A DNA stretch of 64,000 nt from Desulfatiglandales bacterium. GTDB taxonomy: Bacteria; Desulfobacterota; DSM-4660; Desulfatiglandales; Desulfatiglandaceae. The stretch spans positions 1,184,001 through 1,248,000 of the forward strand of contig OY759599.1 in the NCBI GenBank assembly GCA_963662465.1, in the 5' to 3' direction. Position 1 is the stretch's first letter. The number at the start of each line of letters is the position of its first letter. The notes beneath the pieces are model-generated. The model had not been told where the DNA came from. It ran no database searches and saw only the letters and a program-made list of their open reading frames with translations. This document shows positions 49,201 through 57,879 of the stretch, piece after piece. Position numbers and translations under genes: made by a program.

Positions 49201-51770
49201 TCCTTCACGGGTAGGTCATGCAGGCGGGAGAGAGTGGCCAGGGCCGCGTCATGCCTGGCGGCTGCTTTTTTCTGAAATTCCTCCGCAAACCAGGCCTTGT
49301 TTTTGAGGAAAGTCTCAAGGTCCGGCGTCAAAATGTCTTTGACAAACGCCTTGATTGCTTTTGTTCTCGTCTCCTTTTGATAATGTACCCCATTGGTATG
49401 GCCCTTATCTCCGCCCTCCCGGTTCTTCCACGCCATCACCGGATAGTGTGAAAACTGGTCAAACCACGTTCCCACCAGGCTGTTGCCGCATTTGATCTTG
49501 TGATCCAAAAAGGAAAAGGGGAGCTCACGATCCATGGTCTCGATCCACAACGCCAGTCGGCACAACTCCACGGCCAGGGGATCCAAGTCCACGCCATAAA
49601 TGCACCGTTCCACCACAAACCGCTTGAGCAGTGATTTGGTTCGAGTCTCGAAATTTTCACTGTCCGGAGACCCGGGCAATCGGGTGTCCGTCAGCTTTTC
49701 TTCCGCTTGGGGGTTTTTTAGCCCCAATAATTTCTCCAGGGGGCTTTTCCAGTCGTCACCGACCCGGTTGTGGGTAAACAACGACCGAAAAAGGGCTTCG
49801 GTCAGAAATCTCAGGGCGGCCACGGGGAATGATCCCGAACCGCAGGCCGGATCACAGACCTTGAGGGCAAGGATCTCTTCGGGTTTCCTGGGTGCCCATT
49901 CGCTGGTTGGGGCGTTCGTGTTCGGTTTCCCATCTTTGTCCAGGGGCGGCACGTAGGCCAGGGGGCGAAGGGTGCGCATGACCGTGGGAACGGCCAGGCC
50001 GGGTCGGGTATAAAAGGTCCCCGCACCTTTTCGAGTGCCGCCCCAGCGCACCAGATACCATTCACCGGGAAGTACCACACGGGACACCAGTTGACGAGCC
50101 TTGCGAGAAATATTTTCTTCGTGGACCAGCTGTTTTTCGGGCGTCATTCCCCCTTGGGGTCGGGACACCAGTTTGCCCATGTCCACTGCTTTTCGGGCCC
50201 AGGTTTCAGCTCGGGTGCGGATGGTGTGACGTGTGTCTTCCGCCGTCTCCACATTAACATCCACACCATCATCGGCATCCTTGTCTTTCTCGGAAGCATC
50301 CCCTTCATCCGCTGCCGGCTCAATGGAATCCGCTTCGGTTTCATCGTCCCCGCTACTGGTATCTTTCATTTTCTCCAGCAAATCGGCCAGGGCCTTGTTG
50401 TCCATGGCCTCCAGGCGGGACAGGGGCAAGGCAGGCTGATTGCCGATGGAGAGAAACACGACAGGATCACCGGACGGAGCGGTTTTGAGTTCGAAATCCA
50501 GCAACCCCTCGTACAGGATGCCGATGTATTCGCTGGACAGGTCCGAAAAATCAACGGGCGCCGGAACCCAGATACTGCCCCGGCCCTGGCGTACTTTGAC
50601 ACGGGTGCGGGTGATACGTTCAATCAGGCGCAGCACCTCACGGTCGCTCATGATCTCCCGGTGAAAACAGGCGTTTTCCAACACGGCAATCGCTTTTGCC
50701 ATTGGGTCGGCCGAATCCGTGTTTCCAGGCATAAAAAGTTCGCCGCCATATTGGGGAACCGGCAATGCGGGATGATGGGAACCCTGAAAGACCAATCGGA
50801 ACAGCCCCAGTATTCGAGGCCAGGCATTCCAGGATCGGGAAAGACGTCCGCTGCCGCGAGCGGCTGTTTTTTCCAGCGATTCCCGCAGGCCGGTGATGCC
50901 GTAGGCGGTATGGTAGAGGGTATTGTCCCGGGGCAACAGTTCACGGGATTCCGCAAAGAGTACCACCACGATCCGCATGACCATCCGCACGGCGGCGCGG
51001 TAGATGTCCTCGGGGGTCCCCTGGGGGCATTCTTCTTTTAGCACCTCGCCATGGGCCTGAAGGAGAATTTCCACGGCCTCGCGGACCCTCTCTCCCAACT
51101 CGGTGGACAGGTCGGCCTGGCCTTTGCGGCTGTCTAAAACCGCCTGAAGCAGCGGCGCCGCTTCTTTTTCAGCAGTTGGAATCCATGCCCCCGGCGATAG
51201 CAATGTGCGAAGGGCTGTTACCTGGGGAGACAATTCCCCTTCCTCGAACCACAGGTCCACGTCCCATTCGCACCAGGCGTCGAAATCAAGCCCGGCAAAT
51301 ACCAGCCGCCACTGGCGACCGTTGGTGATCACAGCCAGACGTTCCGAACCTGCTCTAAGCCACTGAAGCACCTGGCTGGCGGCCTTTCGGCCCCGTCCCA
51401 CCCCCACGCGTTTTTCCGTATCCAGAAAAACGGGCAGCAATCCGCCATTGGTTCCTTGCCAGAGCTGTCTGGGCTTGATGGCTTCGCCGGTGACGGCGCG
51501 GCGTGTCCAGTGTGTCCCCATCCGGTTTCCGCGACGCCAAGTACCCAAATTGCTGGAAAAACCGCAGATCGTCTCCAAAACAAATGCGACAAATTCCGGA
51601 ACATCCGCGTTCTGATCCATCAGCGCATCGACCCGTCGGCGCAGCTGGTCTCTGAAGTAAACAGGCAGCGGTTCCGGAATCATTTCGGCGATCCGGTCTA
51701 ATCGCTGTGTATCGAGGAGCAGTCCGCCGTGGCGCAACCGTTCCCAACCGAACTCTCTTACCGAGCTCAT
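46245..51770 (-). CDS. Type IIG/Eco57I-like N6-adenine DNA methyltransferase (DrmMI-like)
   Basis: ITNGRQWRL, GILYEGLL, RK..GTFYT, DPACGSGSF, IYGVDLDP.AVEL and GFDAVLGNPPW. Confidence 0.9.
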   Translation of the reverse strand: MSSVREFGWERLRHGGLLLDTQRLDRIAEMIPEPLPVYFRDQLRRRVDALMDQNADVPEFVAFVLETICGFSSNLGTWRRGNRMGTHWTRRAVTGEAIKPRQLWQGTNGGLLPVFLDTEKRVGVGRGRKAASQVLQWLRAGSERLAVITNGRQWRLVFAGLDFDAWCEWDVDLWFEEGELSPQVTALRTLLSPGAWIPTAEKEAAPLLQAVLDSRKGQADLSTELGERVREAVEILLQAHGEVLKEECPQGTPEDIYRAAVRMVMRIVVVLFAESRELLPRDNTLYHTAYGITGLRESLEKTAARGSGRLSRSWNAWPRILGLFRLVFQGSHHPALPVPQYGGELFMPGNTDSADPMAKAIAVLENACFHREIMSDREVLRLIERITRTRVKVRQGRGSIWVPAPVDFSDLSSEYIGILYEGLLDFELKTAPSGDPVVFLSIGNQPALPLSRLEAMDNKALADLLEKMKDTSSGDDETEADSIEPAADEGDASEKDKDADDGVDVNVETAEDTRHTIRTRAETWARKAVDMGKLVSRPQGGMTPEKQLVHEENISRKARQLVSRVVLPGEWYLVRWGGTRKGAGTFYTRPGLAVPTVMRTLRPLAYVPPLDKDGKPNTNAPTSEWAPRKPEEILALKVCDPACGSGSFPVAALRFLTEALFRSLFTHNRVGDDWKSPLEKLLGLKNPQAEEKLTDTRLPGSPDSENFETRTKSLLKRFVVERCIYGVDLDPLAVELCRLALWIETMDRELPFSFLDHKIKCGNSLVGTWFDQFSHYPVMAWKNREGGDKGHTNGVHYQKETRTKAIKAFVKDILTPDLETFLKNKAWFAEEFQKKAAARHDAALATLSRLHDLPVKDSARRARMYREEFVGSDAYCSLKAAMDLWCACWFWPPDQIGLAPLPTTFAEPSHETWAVADRVTTNKRFFHWALEFPDVFRAKGSGFDAVLGNPPWETLQPNSMEFFSNIDPLYRSYGKQEALRFQTTYFKEEETERKWLNYTGGFVCDSNWMKFAGSPFGDPESTTKSTDRFSIVRGNRNIILHDNWRAAREKSVAYASPDHPFRHRGEGKAYTYKLFLEHAHHILCNKGRLGFIVPSGLYSDHGTRALRELFLDHCRWEWLFGFENRDKVFQIDSRFKFNPVIIEKGGQTDAIQTAFMRRKLEDWERGEAFATPYRREQVTQFSPWTMAILEIQSGRDLEILEKIYSNSVLLGDNGPDSWGIKYAQGDFNMTSDSKLFPPRPKWEAQGYRPDEYSRWLKGEWRPINELWEDLAVEPLIEGETLCAQPPYDRLPIPRVYIPEGIILSREVDAWIRENEIEDMAVAFMQGVMIHRFDFSQKGWISGTGLLAKWKPIEWANKIISPQYLMNYRDAPRIKLRSVHRRVARNTDARTMISTVDMGHPSGDKSPILTTNESQKDLILTAVLNSFVFDSILRDRCGGTNIDLASLTAMPIPILSLEIISVLSKWVMNMNMASWLFSPVAITLANYSFSNQQDLSYSPKTWYVTDFERLRANVTIDAVLVALYRLSSNDLHNILKECDAPLTKFSDREFTAIINPKGFWRVDKDKDPELRHTVLTLVAFHDLEQKIQECGGDRNKGIEAFLKQNDGEGWILPETLRLADYGLGHDDRAKEHQPVAGRLGPRFYDWQLAQSPDESWRECHLHARNLLGRSGYLKLLGEVLRDTPSGGWEDALYLAFDLEEKAHLCEVFSTAIVFMDPQTWRDRLDESRRILNNRGFAWSHTDMVQIIADALKRVPKENRKQALAAAKEYLGETGFNAALEKLLASLPHLTDHPWHKIIRDQVGEAPYQKIAAGHNIESPNRMAEKEAAYANNGEMSQMGLFD

Positions 51771-54700
51771 GATTCACCTCCCGGCAAGCGGACTTCAATA
51801 CAGACCGGAAACACTTGGGCGGCGCCGGCCAGCAAATGGCGTTTGGGCAGAAGGTGTTTTACGATTCGCTCCCTTTCACGATCCAGCTGGTCGCGTACCT
51901 CCACATAATGGCGTGTGCGCCGGGCAATCTCATCCTGTCTTTCCTGGATTGACCGGTCAATGGCTGCCAGCCGCTGTTCCTCGTTAAACAGGAACCCCTG
52001 CTGTCTTTCCATTTTCAATTGGGCCACTTCACGTTCAAGCCTGGCCAGGGTGTTTTCCGCAATGAGACTGGAGACTTCACCTCGGCGGCTGCGGTAGCGT
52101 TCTTCCTCTTTCTTCAGGGCGTCAGCGCCGGATTTTTCAAGTTGAAACTTGAGTTGTCGGGTAAGGTCTTTCCCATGGGCAGAGAGAAACGCTTTCAGAT
52201 CCGGTTCCACATCTTCTAAGATCTCCCGTGCGCGGGTGATGAGGGCGGGTGCTTCGATTTTCCCGACCGGGCGAAGGTTCATGGTGGGGCGATGGGGCAA
52301 GGGCTGGCTCAGATTCCCCTGATGAATGGGGAACACCAGGGTTCGAACCCAATGGTGAAAGGTTTCGCGCAATGCATTGACGGCCAGTTCCTCAACGCTC
52401 AGCAGCACCAGAGCATCGGCGCCGGTCGGCACACTCCCCAATGCTGCAGTCCAGCGCGACACGCTCTCTCCGGTTCCGGGAAACCGGCAACGGGTGAGCG
52501 CACCGAGGGCACGTTGAAGCATGGGGTGGGACAGGTGTATGAAGCTTACATCCGGCAGCGGGTAAAACACCAGGCGATCGCCCATTTGACGAAGAAAGGG
52601 ATCCGGACTGAAAGCCAGGCGGGCGACCGGTCCCCGGGTTGAATTGCCCGTTTTGGTCCGAAGAGACTCATCAATGACCTCGCTCCAGCCCGGCAGAGAC
52701 GGGTTGAGTATCTTACAGGTGTTGTCCGGCGTTTCGCAAGCCATTTGGGGGCGCTCGGCGCGAATGGCCATGGCCGCCTCCAGGGTTTCCCGCAGGGCGT
52801 TCGGATCCAGGTCCATTTCAGCAGCCAGAGCCTTGAGGCGGTTGCCGGCATCACGACCCTCTTCGCCTGTTTCCGTGGTGGCATCGGCATCCATGGAAGC
52901 CCTTCCCCGGGCTGCATCCACCCGTCGATCCAGGTCGGCCTGAACCGCCGTAAGGCTTTCACCATCCACCAGACGACGGTGGGCCGCTTCGTCAAAGATC
53001 TCATTGGCTGAGCCTAGGTCCTCCCGAATTTCGTGGGCCTTGCCGATGACGTGGGACAAAAACCTGAGGTCCTGGTCCTGATCGCTCACAAAGTGGTAAA
53101 CCGTCACATCGCGGGCCTGGCCGTGGCGATCCAGACGGCCGTTTCGCTGTTCCAGCCGGGAGGGGTTCCAGGGACAATCGAAATGAAGAAGGTAACGGGC
53201 TGAGCGTTGCAGATTCAGCCCTTCGGCGGCGGCATCCGTGGCCAGCAGGATACGAACGGAGTGTTTAGGATCGTTAAAAGACTGTTTAACCAGATCCCGT
53301 TCGCTCTCGTCCATGCCACCGAAAAGGGTGAGGATACGGTCCGGTTCGTAGCGCTCGCGCAGGCGCCGAACAAGATAGTCCAAAGTGGTTTTATACTCGG
53401 TAAAGACCACGAGTCGTTCGTCGTCCCGCCACCCGCCGTCGGTGTGCAGCAGCCTTTGGATGAGACCATTGAAGACAGTAAAGCGCGTGTCGGCAGTTGG
53501 TGTTTGTTCTGCCACATCAGCCGCTTCAAGGTTGAAGCCCAGACCGGATACTGCCAGGTCCAGGGCGGCGATTTCCTCTTTCATTTCAGGAGCGACGGCC
53601 TTCAGCCACGCGCCAACGACCCCGGAAGCAATGGATTCCCGAGATTGGGCTTCCCGATCATCGCCGGTGTCGCGCTGAACGCTTTTCCGGGATGCCTCCA
53701 CTTCGGCATCCTCAGCGGGCCGTTCTTCCCGGAGCCCTTCCTTGCATCTCCGCCACGATTCGGCAAAGGCTGTAGGACAGCTCAACAGGCGTTTTCCGAG
53801 GATCTCAACGGCAAAGCTGCCGGCCCTGCGCCGTTTATGGAGGGTACCACTGATCAGTTTTCGTATTTTCGTGCGGAAGGCGTCAAAGGCGACGGAGAGC
53901 GCCGTTTCCATAGGCGTTAGGGGCAATGTGAGGGCCTGGGGCAGGTTCCGGGTGCAGAATTTGGGTGGATCGGTTCGCGCATTGATATCCCGTTTCAGTC
54001 GACGGAGTACCACCTGTTGGACGCGGCTTTTTTCAGCGGGTTTGAGTTCGTTGGTTTGACTGAAGCGAACCGGATCGAGGATTTCCAGAAGCCCGGTAAA
54101 ACATCGGGTGTGGCCGTTGTGGGGGGTGGCGCTGAGAAATAATCGGTGTTCGAACTGTGGGGCCAGAAGGCGTAGCATGCGACAGAGGTCGCTGTCGTCA
54201 CCGAATGCCGAGGGCATCAGGTTGTGGCATTCGTCCACAATGAGGAGGTCCCACGGCAGGTGAGGGGAACCCTCGGGTGTTCGACAGGCGGCCAGAAATT
54301 GCTCCAGCACGTCATCCTGGCGCAGGTAGTGGTAGGAGGTAATGATGCGGCTGAAGGAACGCCACGGGTTGGCGTCCATGCCGAGGCGCTTTCTGAGATT
54401 GTGGGTTTCAGCCCGGTCCACCAGATTGAAGGTCAGGGCGAATTTCTCCCACATTTCATCCCGCCACTGAAGGCGGAGCGATGCCGGTGTGAGGATCAGG
54501 ACCCGTTGGATGCGCCGACGCAGCAGAAGCTCACTTAAGATCAGGCCCGCCTCCACAGTCTTTCCGAGCCCCACGTCATCGGCGATGAGCAGGTTGACCC
54601 GCGGCATGAGCAGTGCCTTCAACAGCGGCACCAGTTGGAAGTCCTCGATCTGGACCGCTCCGTGAAAGGGGCTTGATATGGGCTTTCTGTCCAGAGGCCC

Positions 54701-55024
54701 GTCGCCGTCCGGGTCCAGGTAGGGCATGGCGGCCGTCCATCGTGAGGCCCGAAGCAAGGCATCGAAGTCGTCTCTCGGCATGGGATCCGTGCTGCTCGAA
54801 AGGGGCAGGGCTGTCGGTTCAAGCAGGTTTTTGTGCGGTTCCAGCTCCCAGAGAAGTTGCTCTTCAATGGGATACTGGTCGTCTTTGTATTCCAGATGAA
54901 CCAGGTGCAGACGTCCGGTATCGCCGTCAAACGGCTCGACGGCCGCCACGATGCCGCGCCTGTTGCGGACGGTGGCAAACATGCCGGTGCGAGGGATTGA
55001 AGTTGCCATAACGGTATGGGTCAT
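51767..55024 (-). CDS. drmD: SNF2-family helicase (DrmD-like)
   Basis: LLIADDVGLGKT, IVDECH, LSATPHNG, VFTEY..T, ATDAAAEGLNLQ and WNPSRLEQRNGRLDR. ATGA overlap with the MTase. Confidence 0.85.
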   Translation of the reverse strand: MTHTVMATSIPRTGMFATVRNRRGIVAAVEPFDGDTGRLHLVHLEYKDDQYPIEEQLLWELEPHKNLLEPTALPLSSSTDPMPRDDFDALLRASRWTAAMPYLDPDGDGPLDRKPISSPFHGAVQIEDFQLVPLLKALLMPRVNLLIADDVGLGKTVEAGLILSELLLRRRIQRVLILTPASLRLQWRDEMWEKFALTFNLVDRAETHNLRKRLGMDANPWRSFSRIITSYHYLRQDDVLEQFLAACRTPEGSPHLPWDLLIVDECHNLMPSAFGDDSDLCRMLRLLAPQFEHRLFLSATPHNGHTRCFTGLLEILDPVRFSQTNELKPAEKSRVQQVVLRRLKRDINARTDPPKFCTRNLPQALTLPLTPMETALSVAFDAFRTKIRKLISGTLHKRRRAGSFAVEILGKRLLSCPTAFAESWRRCKEGLREERPAEDAEVEASRKSVQRDTGDDREAQSRESIASGVVGAWLKAVAPEMKEEIAALDLAVSGLGFNLEAADVAEQTPTADTRFTVFNGLIQRLLHTDGGWRDDERLVVFTEYKTTLDYLVRRLRERYEPDRILTLFGGMDESERDLVKQSFNDPKHSVRILLATDAAAEGLNLQRSARYLLHFDCPWNPSRLEQRNGRLDRHGQARDVTVYHFVSDQDQDLRFLSHVIGKAHEIREDLGSANEIFDEAAHRRLVDGESLTAVQADLDRRVDAARGRASMDADATTETGEEGRDAGNRLKALAAEMDLDPNALRETLEAAMAIRAERPQMACETPDNTCKILNPSLPGWSEVIDESLRTKTGNSTRGPVARLAFSPDPFLRQMGDRLVFYPLPDVSFIHLSHPMLQRALGALTRCRFPGTGESVSRWTAALGSVPTGADALVLLSVEELAVNALRETFHHWVRTLVFPIHQGNLSQPLPHRPTMNLRPVGKIEAPALITRAREILEDVEPDLKAFLSAHGKDLTRQLKFQLEKSGADALKKEEERYRSRRGEVSSLIAENTLARLEREVAQLKMERQQGFLFNEEQRLAAIDRSIQERQDEIARRTRHYVEVRDQLDRERERIVKHLLPKRHLLAGAAQVFPVCIEVRLPGGES

Positions 55025-55295
55025 GGGATGGCCCTATCGAAGTTTTATTATTCGTTTCGGATTCAACGCCTCTTTCCCTTTCAGAGTTTCAACAAAACTT
55101 GGCTTGAGAGTATTCCTGAACGTTGCTTACACCTAGCTATTTTATAAGTCAATAATAATCTGATCAGAGGTGATAGGAGGTGAACAGGGTAGGGTTCAAA
55201 ACAATGGCCCGATGGATACGGGATTCTCGGCGTTGTCAGAGATAGGCGGAGAGTCTGCTGATGATGTCGGAACGACAGTGTAGACCTGCCTGAAC

Positions 55296-55541
55296 TCATT
55301 CGTCGCTCCCGAGGGGCGTCGGTGAGATGACATCGCTGACCGAGCGCGGGCTTCGGCCGCTTGCAATAGATGCTTCCAGTGTGTCATTCAGTTCGCTCCA
55401 GGCGGCATCAACGATGACACGCTCATCCATGCGCCGAAGGGCATCCCGAACAATTTCGCTGGCATTCCCGTAGAGACCGGAGTGAACCTTGCGCTGAACA
55501 AGTTCGTAAAGCTCGGGTGTTACGGATACATTCATCTGCAT
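55296..55541 (-). CDS. ParD-family ribbon-helix-helix antitoxin
   Basis: MNVSVTPEL...V..KV.SG.Y.NASEIVRDALR. Confidence 0.85.
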   Translation of the reverse strand: MQMNVSVTPELYELVQRKVHSGLYGNASEIVRDALRRMDERVIVDAAWSELNDTLEASIASGRSPRSVSDVISPTPLGSDE

Positions 55542-55812
55542 GGCAAGGTCTCCTTTCCTTTCCCAAGGTTAAATGATAACAAATATAGTGCGAACCTTTA
55601 TGTTGGTGAGAGGTTTGCGCTGTACCGTTTTTGTGCCGTACCGGGGGTGTTCTGGGCCCCAAAAAAACGCGGGCGCGAGGTCTGAGAGGGCGACATGGCA
55701 GCAGAATATTATGGTTTCCAAAGACATACCCCAAAAACCCGATAATTGGACATGCTAATCCCTTTAAATTTAAATTAAATCATTTATTTATAACTATTTT
55801 AAATAAATTGGA

Positions 55813-57294
55813 TTAGGCGGCTCTGGCTATTGGCCGTACAAGGGAGCGCATTTGCTCAATACGGCCAGCCCTTACATGACCAAGGGCCATTGCCATCATT
55901 ACGGCGGTGGCCAAGCAAACTCTTGTTTGCATTTTGGCTTGGCCGCGTATGTAATGTTTCTCAAAACCAAAATCATTATCGATCCGACTGTTGATTCTCT
56001 CCAAAGAAGAACGCCGATTATACGCTCGGTCCCAACCCTGCGTACCATAGGGAATGGGTGTGAAGATTCGCCGATCTTCCTCAGTGATATTTATTCTGAC
56101 AATTCGCCCATAATCTCCGGGATTAACTTGCCCCGCAGATGAACACTCTCCACATCCTTCACAGGAAAAGCCGTTTGCAGCTGCGGGACAACGATATTTC
56201 AGGGTATTGCGATTTTTTTCAAAGCCACAAAAAGCCATGTCCCGCTGTTCTCCAGTAGCCGGACAAATACAATGGACTGTCCCTTTCTCAGTATACACAA
56301 TGGTATCTGCCCGGTCAGGATAAAGAGGTCGTGTGATCGGTTTTGCAGGATCGTATCCCGGCTCATTCTTTTCATCTCTCCACAGTTCACGGGTATCAAT
56401 GCCGGGCCGAATCCCATATTCATCCAACAGCTGAGCCTTAGTTTTGCCGGAATCCAAACCACGGTCCGCCACAAAATCATCACAGCGCTCGCCAAGCTGC
56501 GGTGTTTCCTCAAAAATTTCTTTGATCATGCTTCGCAGTTCCTTGTGTTCCGAATGCGAGGCAGGTGTTACATGAACTGCCACCGGAATTTCATATAGGG
56601 TATCAGCGATCAAATGAAGGCCATATCCAAACCAGCTTTTTACTTTTGTCCACTGCTTTCCGGTTTTACTGTCTGTCCCTTTCGTTTCATGCTTGCCCCA
56701 ATCTGCATCCGTATCGGAGGTTTCACCGGTTTTCCGGCTTTCTTGTCCCGTACTATAACTGTTGATAGCCTTGCCGTCATACCCTAAATGACAACCAAAA
56801 TCAGGGAGTTCTGTCATTAAGGATTCTCGAAGCCCACGCACCATGCCGCTGACCATATTACCATATTCTTCCAGTTCTATGACGCTCCTTAAAAATCTTG
56901 AGAAATTCCAACTACCTGGAACCAAAAAATATGCATTTCCGCTCTCAGACCGTATGATTTCCATTCGGCCCGTTTCCTCATTGCGTCTCAGTTCAGCTAC
57001 CGGTTTTTTTTGCCTCGGCAGAATATCAAATCCGCATGCCTCTAATAACGCCGGATTCCTGGACAATTCGCGAATCAAAGATTCAATGGATGCATGCTGG
57101 AACACGACTCCCGCAATAAGCGCGTTCCACATTGCGCGTATCGGAAAATCATCTCTCCCATTGCCGCGACGCTTTTCAAGTGCCGCTACAATATTCTCAT
57201 CAGGCAGATTATCGCGCACCAGATAGAAACGGTCCAAATCCGAGCGTGCTTCGACATCATTCCACGAAAAAAGAAACGGACTCACTGCTGCCAA
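55813..57294 (-). mobile_element. Transposase (IS1182/IS5-like DDE); element ends not resolved
   Basis: DUF772-like N-terminus, YDGK, DADWG, WFGY.LH, ADRGLD and Y..R...ER.NSR. Confidence 0.85.
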
Positions 57295-57879
57295 GTTTCG
57301 GCCTCCATCAAATATTTAAAGAAACACTCTATCCTGTTATCTGATGAAGGCATTGTACAATATTTTGTATTAAAATCAAGGTATTCCGACAAGTTCTTTC
57401 GCTTGGGGTGAAAAAATGGAAAATTCCGACTCGATCTAGCTAAGTGCTTGATTTCAGGATGCCCACCCATCTTTTTTTTGGGGTAATGTTTTTTTGACAC
57501 TGCCAAATCCCTCCAGGATACCAGAGACTTAAGCACAGCGCAAACCCCTCTGGTCAATGAAAAACGGGTTGAATTGATCAATTTGAAAAAGAAAAATCGC
57601 ATAAGTCTAAATGTTGTGGGGTTTACTCTAACATATTGAAATTATTTCATCTGTTAAACGGTTCCGAATCAATATCCTAATCAAAGCGCATTTCGTGAGG
57701 CCAAACATTTTTTCCTGAATTCGCCTTAGCGGAAAAAAGTTAGGGACTTTTTTTGATAAGTGTGCATAATCATAGTGCAACAGTCTATGTTAAATTAGAG
57801 AGGTTGCACATGATTAATAATATTAAGAGAGCTTTGACAATGTTGGACAAAGCTCAAAACAGACTTGCAAGACAATGTT

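Noticed and set aside
40582..53920. Plus-strand ORFs inside the defence operon (e.g. 41951-42841, 50091-51041)
   Set aside because: These are shadow frames of well-supported minus-strand genes.
37114..55024. Calling the locus canonical DISARM or BREX
   Set aside because: There is no PLD (drmC), no separate drmB, and no pglZ or brxC-like genes, so only 'DISARM-like' is supported.
55720..57470. Terminal inverted repeats for the IS1182-like element
   Set aside because: Only a 7-nt ACCCCAA match was found, too weak to define the ends.
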